A DNA stretch of 63,852 bases, filler included, from Microthyrium microscopicum (lineage: Eukaryota): the NCBI GenBank assembly GCA_010405405.1. It is 17 parts of 6 records of this genome, joined end to end, with 100 filler letters (N's around TTAATTAATTAA, not from the genome) between each part and the next. Parts side by side here need not be neighbours in the genome. Positions count along the whole stretch, not along the records: positions 38,903 to 44,813 come from MU004237.1; positions 44,914 to 55,222 come from MU004238.1; 15 more parts are not named here. One strand, written 5' to 3'. Every line of letters starts with the position of its first letter. The stretch's first letter is position 1. Shown piece after piece: positions 42,188 through 54,669 of this stretch. The translations under genes and the position numbers were made by a program. The notes beneath the pieces are model-generated. The model saw only the letters and a list, made by a program, of their open reading frames with translations. It ran no database searches and had not been told where the DNA came from.

Positions 42188-44653
42188 ATAAGTAATATTA
42201 ATAATTTAGAAATAAATAATAATAATTCTAATCTTAATCTACCTAATACCTAGCCTACTAGCTAACTATTTAATTTAGATACTAGTATAAGTCTATCTAA
42301 TAGTGCTTCTTAAGTTACTATTAGATTAAATAAACATAGGAGTAATAAACATAATAAATCTACTTTTAGATTAAAAGATAGTAGCCCTAGTACTGCTTAT
42401 ATCTTTAGATATAGTTTATTTACTAGAAAACTATTACTTATTAATTTTAATAAACCTAGAGAGTTTAAATTAACTTATTCTATTTATAAGTCTAATTATA
42501 AAAAAATTGTTCCTTTTAAGAATTTTTTAACTTCTAATTCTACTATATATTATAGAAGACATTATCCTACTATAGCTACTAGACAAGAAGAACATAATAC
42601 TAAGCAGACTATAGAAGATTATAATATAGAATAAGTATTAATTACTAGCTCTATTAATAATCTAAATATTTCTATTATTTCTCTATTTACTAGAATAGCT
42701 AGTAGTCTAGATACTAGAAAACGTATAAGATCTAGTACTAATTACGAGTTTCTATAAAAAGAAGCTCTATATTTAATTCTAGCTTTTATTATTAATAATA
42801 ATCTATCTTTTAATATCTTAGATTCTTAATCTTTTAGAGACTTATTAGAATATTATAATTATAATACGCCTAAAGCTAATCGTAATAACGTTAGAAAGCT
42901 ATTAAATAAAACGTTTAACAACTCTCTTAAAATATTTAGATTAGAAGTTAAATAAGTAATAAAAAATAAAAATTACTTCTCTATTACTTTAGATGCTTAG
43001 ATAGCTAGTAATTAAACTACCTTTTTAGGTATAATATTAATATATATTAATAATAATACAAAATTATAATATAAGTTAATAGGATTTAAAGAGTTAACTA
43101 AAAGCTATACTAGTGTTTATATTTCTTAAGTATTTAATACTTATTTAATTAATTATAGTCTAGATATTTTAAATATTATTAGTATTACTAGGGATAATGC
43201 TAGTAATAATAATACTCTAGTAGATTAATTAAAACTTAAAGTATTTTCTAGAGATTCTATAAGTTTTTATAATATTCGTTATGCTACTTATATTATTAAT
43301 TTAGTAGTAAAAGAAGTATTAAAACGTTTTCTAGCTTCTTATAATATAGAAGTTAATTTAATAGCTTATATTAATACGTTATTAAATTTAGAAGATAATA
43401 ATAATAAAGAAGATAATATAGAAGGTAAAGATAGTACTAAGCCTTTAAATTTAATATAAAAAGTAAGAAGAATTATTACTTCTATTAAATACGTAGGAGT
43501 TTATAAAAGATTATTTATTATTAGTCTACGTATTTACTATTATAATAGCGAGATTCCTAATACTACTAAGATTAATAAAGTAGCTTTAGATAATAATACT
43601 AGATAGAATTCTACTTATTATACTCTTAATTCTTTTATTCTTCTTAAAAAATATATTTTATATATTTTTAATAATATAACTAAGCAAAAGTTTAGAAATC
43701 AATTATTATTAACTAATAGCGATTAGCACGCATTAGTTACTTTAAAAGATATATTAAATTACTTTATTTATCCTTCTACTAAGCTATAAGGTCAAATTTA
43801 TAGTATAATTAATTAGACTTTATTATATATTTACTAATTATTTTAGCAGCTAGAAGAGAAGAAGTATTTAATAGAAGATAATTTAGATCCTTTATCTAGT
43901 TATAAAGAAAAGAAGTTTTTTATTAAAGCTATAGATCTAGCTCTTAATAAGCTAGATAAATATTATAAAAGGAATATAACTACGTCTTCTTAATTAACTA
44001 AAATAAAACCTTATATAATAGGAATTCTACTAGATCCTAGACATAAATTAGTACACTTTAATACTAATTTAGGTAGCATTTTATGCTTCTATTCTAACGT
44101 ATTAAATAATATTAATAGGATATTTAAAATAGAGTACGATTTAGCTAAGGAGAGATTAATTAAATTAAATCTTCTTAACTAAAATACTACTACTTTAGAC
44201 CTATAACCTAGTTCTACTAATAAACTAGAGAATAATTTAGATAAGAACCTCTTTTTAGGCAATAGAGCTAGAGCTTCCTTACCTAATTAGGAAAGTACTA
44301 CTAAATATATTTAGTATTTTAAAGAAGGGCTTACTAATCCTAATATATACCCTCTAGAATTCTAGAAAGAAAATAGACAAAAGTAGCTAATATTATATTA
44401 CTTAGTAGTAAAATAGCTAGCTATTTTTACTACTTCTACTAGTATTAAAAGTATATTTAGTATAGAAAGAGATATAATTACTAAAAAGAGAAATAAGCTA
44501 GAAGCTTTAACTAGTAAATATATTTTACTATTAAAAAGCTAGTAATTATTAAGCTAGGAAGAGCTTTATAATAGACTAGCAAAAATATCTTAATTAAAAG
44601 AAGAGCTACTAGAAGAGAATAATAAAGAAAAAGATAAAGAAGAGAAGAATTAA
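42188..44653 (+). pseudogene. hAT-superfamily DDE transposase relic (822 codons, frame intact, RIP stops)
   Basis: De-RIP motifs: FSITLDAWT...FLGI (~42975), ITRDNASNN (~43185), IRCAAHIINL (~43275), TRWNST (~43600), LLDPRHK (~44030), and dimerisation domain PLEFW..LAISATSTSIESIFS..RNKL (44350-44500). Confidence 0.93.
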
Positions 44654-44780
44654 AAGTTAGAAGTTAGAAGTTAGTTATTAGTTATAAATTAAAAGATTTT
44701 TATAACTATATAAAAGAATATTTAATAATTAGATTCTATTAATAAATAGATTCTATTATATATTAGATATATAGTAGATT

Positions 44781-44813
<33 letters not shown>
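44781..44813. repeat. (AGTA)n microsatellite
   Basis: Direct reading. Confidence 0.9.
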
Positions 44814-44913
44814 NNNNNNNNNNNNNNNNNNNNNNNNNNNNNNNNNNNNNNNNNNNNTTAATTAATTAANNNNNNNNNNNNNNNNNNNNNNNNNNNNNNN
44901 NNNNNNNNNNNNN

Positions 44914-45008
44914 AACCCTAACCCTAACCCTAACCCTAACCCTAACCCTAACCCTAACCCTAACCCTAACCCTAACCCTAACCCTAACCCTAACCCTAAC
45001 CCTAACCC
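44914..45008. repeat. Telomeric (CCCTAA)n tract, ~16 units, at scaffold start (chromosome left end)
   Basis: Perfect repeats, with the C-rich strand 5' at the scaffold end. Confidence 0.97.
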
Positions 45009-45014
45009 CTACAG

Positions 45015-45105
45015 TGGGGCCAGCGCACTCGATGGGAGCCAGCGCACTCGATGGGAGCCAGCGCACTCGATGGGAGCCAGCGCACTCGATGGGAGCCAGC
45101 GCACT
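45015..45105. repeat. Telomere-adjacent 19-bp tandem repeat GATGGGAGCCAGCGCACTC x5
   Basis: Direct reading. Confidence 0.95.
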
Positions 45106-46957
45106 GCGCGCGCCATCAACCACCAACTCCATCACCACTTGCTCCGCTCGCACGCCGCGCAACCAACCACCAACTCCATCACCACTTTTTCATCTGCTTC
45201 TCGCTCGCACGCCGCGCATTACCTCGCTCTACGCCGCCAACTTCAATCTGCTTCCCGCGCACCGCGCATTTCTTCACCTGCTTCCTTCTCCCACCACTTT
45301 TTCTACACGCCGCGCAATACCTCGCTCTATTTTCCGCTTTCCCTTGCCGCGCATCTCAACCTTCGTCGCCGTTTTCTACTCTTGCTTGCATACGCGCATT
45401 TTCCCGCATCACTCCCTGCTTCATCATCATTTTTCGAACTTCGTCGCCGTTTTTCGTGTCTCCTTCTTGGCCGCTTCATCAATCTCTTCTCGCTCGCACA
45501 TTGCGCATTTCCAACGCCATCTCTTGGCTGCTGCTCGCCGCGCATTTCACAACACCACATCCATCGCGGACTCCATTGTGCCAACCTCCAGCCACTCCCC
45601 AAAGCCTACCTTCGTGCCCGCGCCCGCGTTATCCACACCTGCACACCTTTCTCCCGTTCTTTGAACCTCGTCCTTCATGTCCAAATCCCAGCGACCCAAG
45701 CTCGCTATCTCGCCGTCGCAAAAGTCCCGCCTTTACCACACGGCATCATGCCCCCCGCTTCACCAGCAGACTTCCCTATACATACAATGCGCGGTACAAT
45801 GCCTGGCTGACGGACTCACCGGACCTTTCGGACTCTCATACTCCGCCCTCGGCTTCTGAATACATTTGCGCTCTGCTGAATACATTTGCGCTCTGGTCTG
45901 AGCCTGATGTCGCTCGCGCGATGCGCATCAACGATCTGGTGGTGTGCTTGTCGCGAACCCGGCCACGAACTGGGGATACGCTGTTCGCGTATTGCTCATT
46001 CAACATACATGATGCTCCTCCGCTTCAAATCATCGCCACAAGCTGCTTGTGATATGAATGTTTGCGCCGCCGCTTCACGTACGAAGCACACCATGTTGCC
46101 TTTCTCACTGCTACTTCCGGGCCAATTCATGTCAATCCCTTGCTTGGGAGTTATTTGAAGCGCTGCTCCATGCGTAGCTATCACTTTTCTGTCCCTCCTT
46201 GTAGTGGTAGTTTCGTTTCACTCCGCATGGACATGAATGACCGAACGATTTCTCGCTTCTGGTTGGTTTCCCTCGTGATCTCTTCATTTGTGAAATGCAA
46301 TTTGCTCTCCCGATGGGTATAAAATCACATGCCTTTTTCTGGGCTCGCGTCTGTACAGCTGCTCTTGCAACGATCTACGAACGTATGCCAAGTTCTTCGC
46401 CTTAGCATATTGGCACAGCAATGGGCATACTAAGTACTCCTGGTTCCCCGTTCTTGGTTCCCTGCTCTTGGTGTCATGCTCTTCTATGTACCATTTCCTT
46501 GAAGTGCCTATTGCAACGGGCAGGAACACATGCTAGTCTAGTCCGCCCTCGTTCATATCGTAACGGTATGTGAACAAGTGCCGTCCTCGAGCCGGACTTA
46601 CAGTTGGTATGGCCTTCAGCGTGTCTTTCTCCCGGAATGTTCTGTGCTCGGAGTCCGGTCACTCGCGTTGCTTCTGAGTGAAACCATTCTCTCATTCTTT
46701 CTTGATCTCGCTACGTAGCTACGTCCCAGGCCTTCGTTCTGGCAGAACGGGCACGACTGATCACACTGGCCTGCTCGTTCATCCACCCTGAATGGGTTCG
46801 AGCTGCTGATTTCTGCCAATATTTCCGGGTCGGAATCGGCAATGGATTTTGAGCCCCCGTTGTGGCTTGCTGCTCAACAGGTCGAAACGCACACGTAGTC
46901 TCTGCCAATGTCATCCTCCTTTACAGGGCACTGCATCTTTGAGACCTCCTACCACAT

Positions 46958-47715
46958 CGAAAGGCCTTACCTCTCCGACAATCGCAGGCCTTACCTCTCC
47001 GACAGTCGAAAGGCCTTACCTCTCCGACAATCGCAGGCCTTACCTCTCCGGCAATCGCAGGCCTTACCTCTCCGACAATCGCAGGCCTTACCTCTCCGNN
47101 NNNNNNNNNNNNNNNNNNNNNNNNNNNNNNNNNNNNNNNNNNNNNNNNNNNNNNNNNNNNNNNNNNNNNNNNNNNNNNNNNNNNNNNNNNNNNNNNNNNN
47201 NNNNNNNNNNNNNNNNNNNNNNNNNNNNNNNNNNNNNNNNNNNNNNNNNNNNNNNNNNNNNNNNNNNNNNNNNNNNNNNNNNNNNNNNNNNNNNNNNNNN
47301 NNNNNNNNNNNNNNNNNNNNNNNNNNNNNNNNNNNNNNNNNNNNNNNNNNNNNNNNNNNNNNNNNNNNNNNNNNNNNNNNNNNNNNNNNNNNNNNNNNNN
47401 NNNNNNNNNNNNNNNNNNNNNNNNNNNNNNNNNNNNNNNNNNNNNNNNNNNNNNNNNNNNNNACCCTCCCGATAGCGCCTTACCTCTCCGGCAATCGCAG
47501 GCCTTCCCTCTCCTCTCCGGCAATCGCTTGATATGCGCGAAGGTTCGGGAGGACGACCCTCTCCGGCAATCGCTTGATATGCGCGAAGGTTCGGGAGGAC
47601 GACCCTCCCGATAGCGCCTTACCTCTCCGGCAATCGCAGGCCTTGCCTCTCCGACAATCGCTTGCTATGCGCGAAGGCTCGGGAGGACGACCCTCCCGAT
47701 AGCGTCTTACCTCCT
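46958..47715. repeat. 24-25-bp minisatellite AGGCCTTACCTCTCCGRCAATCGC with higher-order variants, spanning an N gap
   Basis: Six units before the gap. After the gap, variants are interleaved with a tatgcgcgaaggYtcgggaggacgaccc block. Confidence 0.92.
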
Positions 47716-47770
47716 CGTTCTTTGCCATCGGCGCAAAGATTCTGGTTGGCTTTACGAACATGAAAAGCTG

Positions 47771-48066
47771 CAACCCTTCGGCCACTACTTCCTACCGATA
47801 GGACCAATTCAATGAATGGAAACACCGACTCGACTACGCCGATGGCTATGACCCACACCAACCCTTCGGCCACTACTTCCCACCGATGGGACCAATTCAA
47901 TGAATGGAAACACCGACTCGCCTACGCCGATGGCTATGACCCACACCAACCCTTCGGCCACTACTTCCCACCGGTGGGACCAATTCAATGAATGGAAACA
48001 CCGACTCGACTACGCCGATGGCTATGAACCACACTCCCCGGAACTGGGATGGCTTGGAAGCAGTCT
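47771..48066. repeat. 88-bp tandem repeat x3
   Basis: caacccttcggccactacttcc occurs at 47771, 47859 and 47947. Confidence 0.95.
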
Positions 48067-48869
48067 TTGGTGAGTCACCTTGGCTATCCGTACCTTGTCT
48101 CATTGTGGTGACGCCCAAGTTTTTGAATGTTCCAGCGGTACATCATTGAAGTTTCGTCGGGTCGCGTCGCGGGCTATAAGGAGGAACATAAGTCGGCTAG
48201 ATTTTCAAGTATTTGGTCTTCACATGAATCTGTGTCAACAACACGCCAGATGCAGTTCTCACGTCGACGTATAGCAGTCAGATAATGACACGCGTGAAAA
48301 GTCGCGAGGCTGGGCAATCGGCACGGTGCACTGTGGCTGCCACCAGCCATCGCCAGTATCCACCAAGTTTTTCGGCTTTGTGGCCACCTCCCTTGTGGCG
48401 CGTATCAAGCGAATGATTTCAATTGGAAGATCACATGGTCTTCCCGGCACATGCTCCCCAGAACGGCCCCCTCACTATGAAATTGATTCTGTCTCATATT
48501 TTCGCAGTCTATCGTAGTAGGAAGTTAAGTTTTACTGGTTCATGTCGTCTGTATGAACTTCTGGACGGAAAAGATGACCTGTTGTGCTTGACTTTTATTC
48601 CGGTAATTGGATGTAAGTTACTTTTTTGCAAACTTAGACTTGAGAGCTTCGAGAATCAGATGCAGGCAGTTCCCCTTCGTACTCTTTCAAATGCGACCAA
48701 TCTTACAAAGTTGTGATATGTCCCGCATGTGGGGAATCTTGGTTGCTATCAACGGATCAGCCACCGGTACATAAAAGTAACAGCGCCCTTGCAACAAGTA
48801 ACGCGGCTGCTATCTACCTATAACCAGACAAATATCCAGTAACTTGTCTCCTTTAGAACTCGCCCAACA

Positions 48870-51800
48870 TTCTGCGTGAAACCATTTATCATTGCGCAGG
48901 CCGAATCATCTTTGCGCAGCAGTTGTGCCCTCAACCTGTTTAACCTCGAATACCACGAAACTATCACGAAATCAAGACTGCGCTAGAGAAATCAACTCCG
49001 CGCAATATGTTCATTGAACAGAATATAGTATTTTGCGCAAGGTAAAAAGAATCTGCGCACTTGGGGGCGGGCTGGCGCAGTGATGTTTCCCATAGGTACG
49101 AAGTATCTTTTGACCTGTAAGAACATAACAACAAGACTGCGCTAGAGACATCAATTCCGCGCATTCTGCTCCTGAAATAGGATAGAGCATCTTGCGTAAA
49201 GTAAAAAGAATCCGCGCACCTGGGGGATGGCCAGCGCAGTGATGTGTATCTTTTGACCCATAAGAACATAACAACAATAGTGCGCTAGAGAAATTCATTT
49301 CACGCATTCTGTTTACTGAATACGATAGAATACCTTGCGTAAAGTAGAAGTAATCCGCGCACCTGGGGGCGGGCCAGCGCAGTGATGTGTTCCATAAGTA
49401 GTAAATATATTTCGACCTCCAAGAACATGAAAACAACAGTGCGCTAGAAACATTCATTCCGCGCATTCTGTTCATTAAATAGGATAGAATACCTTGCATA
49501 AAGTAAAAGGAATCTGCGCACCTAGGGGCGGGCCAGCGTAGCAATGTCTTCCATGAGTACTATATCTTTCGACCCCAAGAACATGACAACAAAAGTGCGC
49601 CAGAGAAATTCATTCCGCGCATTCTACTATATAACTAAGATACAACATTTTGCGCAAAGTGAAAAGAAACCGCGCACCTGGGGCCAGGCCAGCGCAGTGA
49701 TGCTTTGCAAACCTAGGTAGCTACTAAGTTCAACCTCATCTAGCTTCAAAGTTGGCAATGATCTCGGTCGCTTGAACCTGCCCAGAGCAGATGAACACCA
49801 GTGCACCATCATCTTCAATCTTCTTCAAGTTCTTGAGATGACGACGAATACAAGGCTCCAGAAATCTAGCATCGACCTCGCCGCCCTCACCTTCTCTGAG
49901 CGGCATCTCGATCTCTCCCTGCGCCTGCCGCCGTCCTCGCCTCGCTCTCCAAGCGTGGTGTCAACGGTCGGCACGGCCACAGACCAGATCCCAAAAAGCC
50001 GAATGGGGCGCTCGCAGACGAGTCACGCCTGCGCAGATGAATAGCTCGGCCCCTGAGGGCGATGCTAAAACAGCTACACATCAATGCCAGTAGCCAGGAC
50101 CACATTGATCGCCCGCGTAGCCAGAGCGTAACCAAATCCTTCCAGCCAGGCCAAATTCCCGGGACATTCCTGGTTCCCAATGGCGCGCAATCCGAGCAGG
50201 CTTGTTCATAAGCATGGGCATGTCAGCGGTTTTTCGAGCATGAACTTGATAGACACATCTCATTGAAATGGCTGCTGCTCGAAGGAGTGGCGTATATATG
50301 TATGCTGGTCGTACTACAGAAGAATATTGGCCTCAAAGGAAGGAAAACCTTATGTGGACACACTCTCCATGGCGGAGTCGACCATACAAAACTCCAAAAA
50401 CTATCTTCAGGGGGTCTCGGACATCATCTCATCGCTGTTAGATGGTTTTTCGGTTGGAACAGTCCTGTGCTGTGTTGCTATGGTGCAGTCAGGCGGCCAG
50501 TTCCACCCACACACAGCTACACTGTACTTTCCATCAGTCGCACATTACTTGGATCTATCTCGAGCTTTACAACGGGTTTCCTTTTGCCGCACAACATGGT
50601 GGTTTCGGTATCTTTTGACCCTTAAGAACATGACAACAAGACTGAGCTAGAGAAATTAACTCCGCGCATCTTGCTCTTTTGATATGATAGAGTATTCCGC
50701 GCGAAATAGAAACTATCCGCGCGCCAGCAGTTAGGTCAGCGCAGCGTTGCTTTCTCTGTCGTACACTGAGATACAGCCATCAAGGCCGCGCTATACAATA
50801 CAAATCCGCGCATTATGTAGTTCATGCAAAACGCAAGCTCCTACATAAAATGAAAACAATCCGCGCGCAAGCAAGCATGACAGCGTAGTAATGGTGTCTC
50901 CATCTAACACGAAGACCAAGTCGAAATTTGATCATGAAGCCACCAAGACTGCGCTACAGAAAAGAAATCCGCGCCTTCTTGTATATCAGCATATTATAAC
51001 CATTTGCGCGAAACTAAAATACATTGCGTAGAAAGTGGCGAGCCAGCGCAGTGATGGCTTCAAGATGAGCTACATTTCACAACAAGGCAAAGCCACCAAG
51101 ACTACGCTGTAGATAACAAATCCGCGCATTCTTTTCTGCAAGTACAGTGTAGCGTTTTGCGTGAGACCAAAAGAACTTGCGTAGAAAGTGGCGAGCCAGC
51201 GCAGTGATGGCTTCAATATGAGCTACATCTCACAACAAGATGAAACCACCAAGACTGCGCTACAGATAATAAATCCGCGCATTCTTTTCTCCAAGCATAG
51301 TATAACCTTTTGCGTGAGACCAAAAGAACTTGCGCACAAAGTGGCGAGCCAGCGCAGTGATGGCTTCAATACTACTAGCTACAAGATGAAGCCACCAAGA
51401 CTGCGCTGCAGATAACAAATCCGCGCATTCTTTTCCGCAAGCACAGTTTAGCCTTTTGCGTGAGACCAAAAGAACTTGCGCACAAAGTGGTAGTGATGGC
51501 TTCAATACATTTCACAACAAGGTGAAGCCACTAAGACTGCGCTGCAGATAACAAATCCGCGCATTGCTGCTCTCTGAGCAAATTATCACTATTTGCGTGA
51601 AACAAAATGAACGTGCGAGTAAAGGGCGACATAGCGCAGTGATATGTTCAATTGTAGCTACATCTCACACCAAGATCAAGTCAAAATGCTGCACAACCAC
51701 CAAGACTACGCTACGCAAAACAAACCCGCGCGTTCTAGTCTCTCGGCGCATTGAAACACTAAGCGCGAAATGAAAACAACTTGCGCGGAAGTAGAGGACC

Positions 51801-54210
51801 TGGCGATGTGATGGTTTCGACAGCTACACCTTAAATCAAGGTCAAGAAGAGTTTACGAACCCGCCGCACTATGCTACAATCCGAATGAAATGAGGTGAGC
51901 CAGTACAATGAAGCATTCTGTAGGTGCACCTTACAGTAAGATCAACCTGAGATATCATGCAGCCATCAAGAATGCGCTACAGAAAATGAATCCGCGCATT
52001 CTATTCCCAAGACTTTCTTCAACATCCCGCGCGGAATCTTTGACTTCTACGCACATTCAAACAAATGTGCACCGCAATAATGTGATTGGAATATTAGCAA
52101 CATAACCAAATCTGTCAAGACTGCCTTGAAGAAAATGAATCTGCACATGTTCTACTCGAAAGATTGTTCAAGCTTTATCCGTAAGCTCGTATAGGGGTAT
52201 TCGCAGCGCATAAGCCTGGCGATGGTACCATCAATACCTTTGTTTACCAACGTTATATCAGGACACTAAGACTGCGCATTACATACTCAGTGCCTCAGTT
52301 ATCCGCTTCGAAATGAATAAGAATCCTTTTCTGTTCATACAATCCAGTTGCTCGCACGATATAGCCTACAACAAATACGACCAGTCTCCTGGCTTATGCG
52401 TATACTCGCAATGATGAACATCGAGCATGAGGAAGCCCCCTTCTCGCACAATATCGCCTACAACAGAGACGCTAGAGTATGCCTACTCTGGAAATGTCTA
52501 CCAACATTTTTCAACAATATGAACAGCGAGCATGTGGAAGCTCTCATGGAACCTACGCCCCTTCTCTGGCCCTACGCTCCATTTGCTCGCACGATATAGC
52601 CTCCAATAGAGAAGACCAGTCTCCAGACCTATGCCTACTCTGGAAATGTCTACCAACATTTTTCAACAATATGAACAGAGACCATATGGAACCTCTCATG
52701 GAACCTACGCCCCTTCTCTGGCCCTACGCTCCATTTGCTCGCACGATATAGCCTCCAATAGAGAAGACCAGTCTCCAGACCTATGCCTACTCTGGAAATG
52801 TCTACCAACATTTTCAACAATATAACCGGTGAGCATGTGGAAGCTCTCACGGAATCTGCGCCCCTTCTCTGGCCCTACGCTCCATTTGCTCGCACGATAT
52901 AGCCTCCAATAGAGACGACCAGTCTCCGGACCTATGCCTACTCTGGAAATATCTACCAAAATTTTCAACAACATGAACGGCGAGATGAAGGAGCATTTGG
53001 AAGCTCTGGTAGCGTGCGATGCTTTTCAAGTCAAGAAGCTGCCGATGTAGCTACAGCCTACATCAAATACGACCAGGCTCTACGCCTATGCCTAGGCTCG
53101 AAATGCTTACCAATCTCTTCAACGACATGAACAGCGAGATGAGGAAGCTCTGGTAGCGTGCGATGCTTTTCAAGCTGCCGATGTAGCTATAGCCTACTAC
53201 ATCCAATACGACCAGTCTCTACGCCTATGCCTAAGATGAAAGAGCATGTGGAAGCTCTGGTAGCGTGCGATGCTTTTCAAGCCAAGAAGCTGCCGATGTA
53301 GCTACATCGTAGCGTGCAATGCTTTTCAGGCCAAGTACATCAGCAAAGACGTTGAAGATGCGGTATCTGGGAGATTGTATGGTCTGAACGCGTGGCCGTA
53401 GCGATTCTATCCATTTCTACGCTTCGCCTAGCACCACATCACTGTTTCAAGTCAAAGACTGCGCTGGGAAAATAGAGGCCGCGCATCCTGGTCTTGGAAC
53501 TGCTCTCAACACCTTGCGTAAAGGCAGATAGGCTTTCCACACTTGGGTCAGCATAACGACCACCCGCAAGGCACTTTGAATACCGCATTTGGTTTCAACG
53601 TCAACAATCTGACAACAGCCCCATTGAAGAAAATCATTACCAAGATCTTGTAAATACCGCCTTGCTTATGAGTTTGCGTGGAGGTGTTTATTACCGCGCA
53701 GCTCGTAGCTGGTTTCCGTAACGTTTTCTCCGCCTGACAAGTAACGTAGTAACGAGGTCATCACATCAGCCTCTCAAGCTGCGCAAGTGGAGTCCAACCC
53801 GCGCATTCTGTTCCCTGATCTTCGTTTGTAAATTTGCGCGGAAACTTTCCCTATAGCGCAACTTGGGGCAAGTATGCGCAGAGTTTGCTCGACCCAGGCG
53901 ATTTACAATGTTACCCGAAACGGAACACCACCAGCCAACTTAAGCTGCGCTGACATGAACAATCCTGCGCGTTCGGATTTTATGAATAAACTTCAGATTT
54001 TGCGCGAATTCTCATTGAAATGCGCATTCCGGGGCGATCCAGCGTAGCGACCAACCGATTGATGTGCTGTAAATCGGCCTCAAGCTGCAACGATAGAGGA
54101 ATTTGACTGCGCACGGGAATCAAATCCTACGCATCTTATTCTCTGGGTCCTATTCCACTGTGGTAGCCGAGTTTGCCACCATCTCCGCCTCTGGGGTGAC
54201 TTTGCGCAGC
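48870..54210. repeat. Array of ~22 diverged ~135-170-bp units with five GCGC boxes at 20/35/20/20-bp spacing (blocks 48870-49705, 50600-52290, 53455-54210)
   Basis: Box starts counted by hand, e.g. 48980/49000/49035/49055/49075, 50951/50971/51006/51026/51046, 53781/53801/53836/53856/53876 and 53947/53967/54002/54022/54042. Confidence 0.92.
52345..53340. repeat. 152-bp tandem repeat (near-identical copies) decaying into shorter variants
   Basis: ttgctcgcacgatatagcct occurs at 52348, 52583, 52735 and 52886. Confidence 0.93.
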
Positions 54211-54669
54211 GGTTACTTGCTTGACAATTTACTTCCTTCTCCTGGCATTTCGTCCAGATGGACCAATGTCACGTTCGATTTGTCTTTCTTTGTTATTTTG
54301 TAATACTTTACTTGTTTTTCCTGGCCAAATGTTTCCTGGCACGTTCAATAAGTTGCAGTCACTTCTCCTCGTCTTCATCTCAAAGATAGATAATCCGTCC
54401 ACTCAGCATTGCCTTTTCGTGAATATTGCAAGTTCTGCGACGACAACACGCATCGAGTAATGCGCTTCGTCAGTTCGACAAGAGCTATCCTCAGAGAAAT
54501 ATGTCAGGCACCCCGTTGGTAAGCCTGCAGGTACAAGCCTGTGAAGCTGTACAAACGGAATATGGCGAACTCCATGTCGACAACAACCTGTAAGCCATGA
54601 AGATGAATTGTTGCAGAGCAACGCGCGCGTGTCTTCAGACAGAAAACACAGTTGCGACTGTACCTGTAG

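Noticed and set aside
44914..45008. Interstitial telomere / chromosome fusion, and the abrupt GC jump as a horizontal-transfer boundary
   Set aside because: The tract begins right after an artificial linker, so adjacency to the hAT scaffold is not real.
49880..50150. Telomere-linked RecQ helicase fragment (minus-strand LATGIDV ... GERGEDG)
   Set aside because: Motif spacing and flanking residues do not fit well and stops intervene. Needs an HMM search.
46958..54210. CRISPR array
   Set aside because: Eukaryotic context, no cas genes, and the units are contiguous or have mutually related linkers rather than unique spacers.
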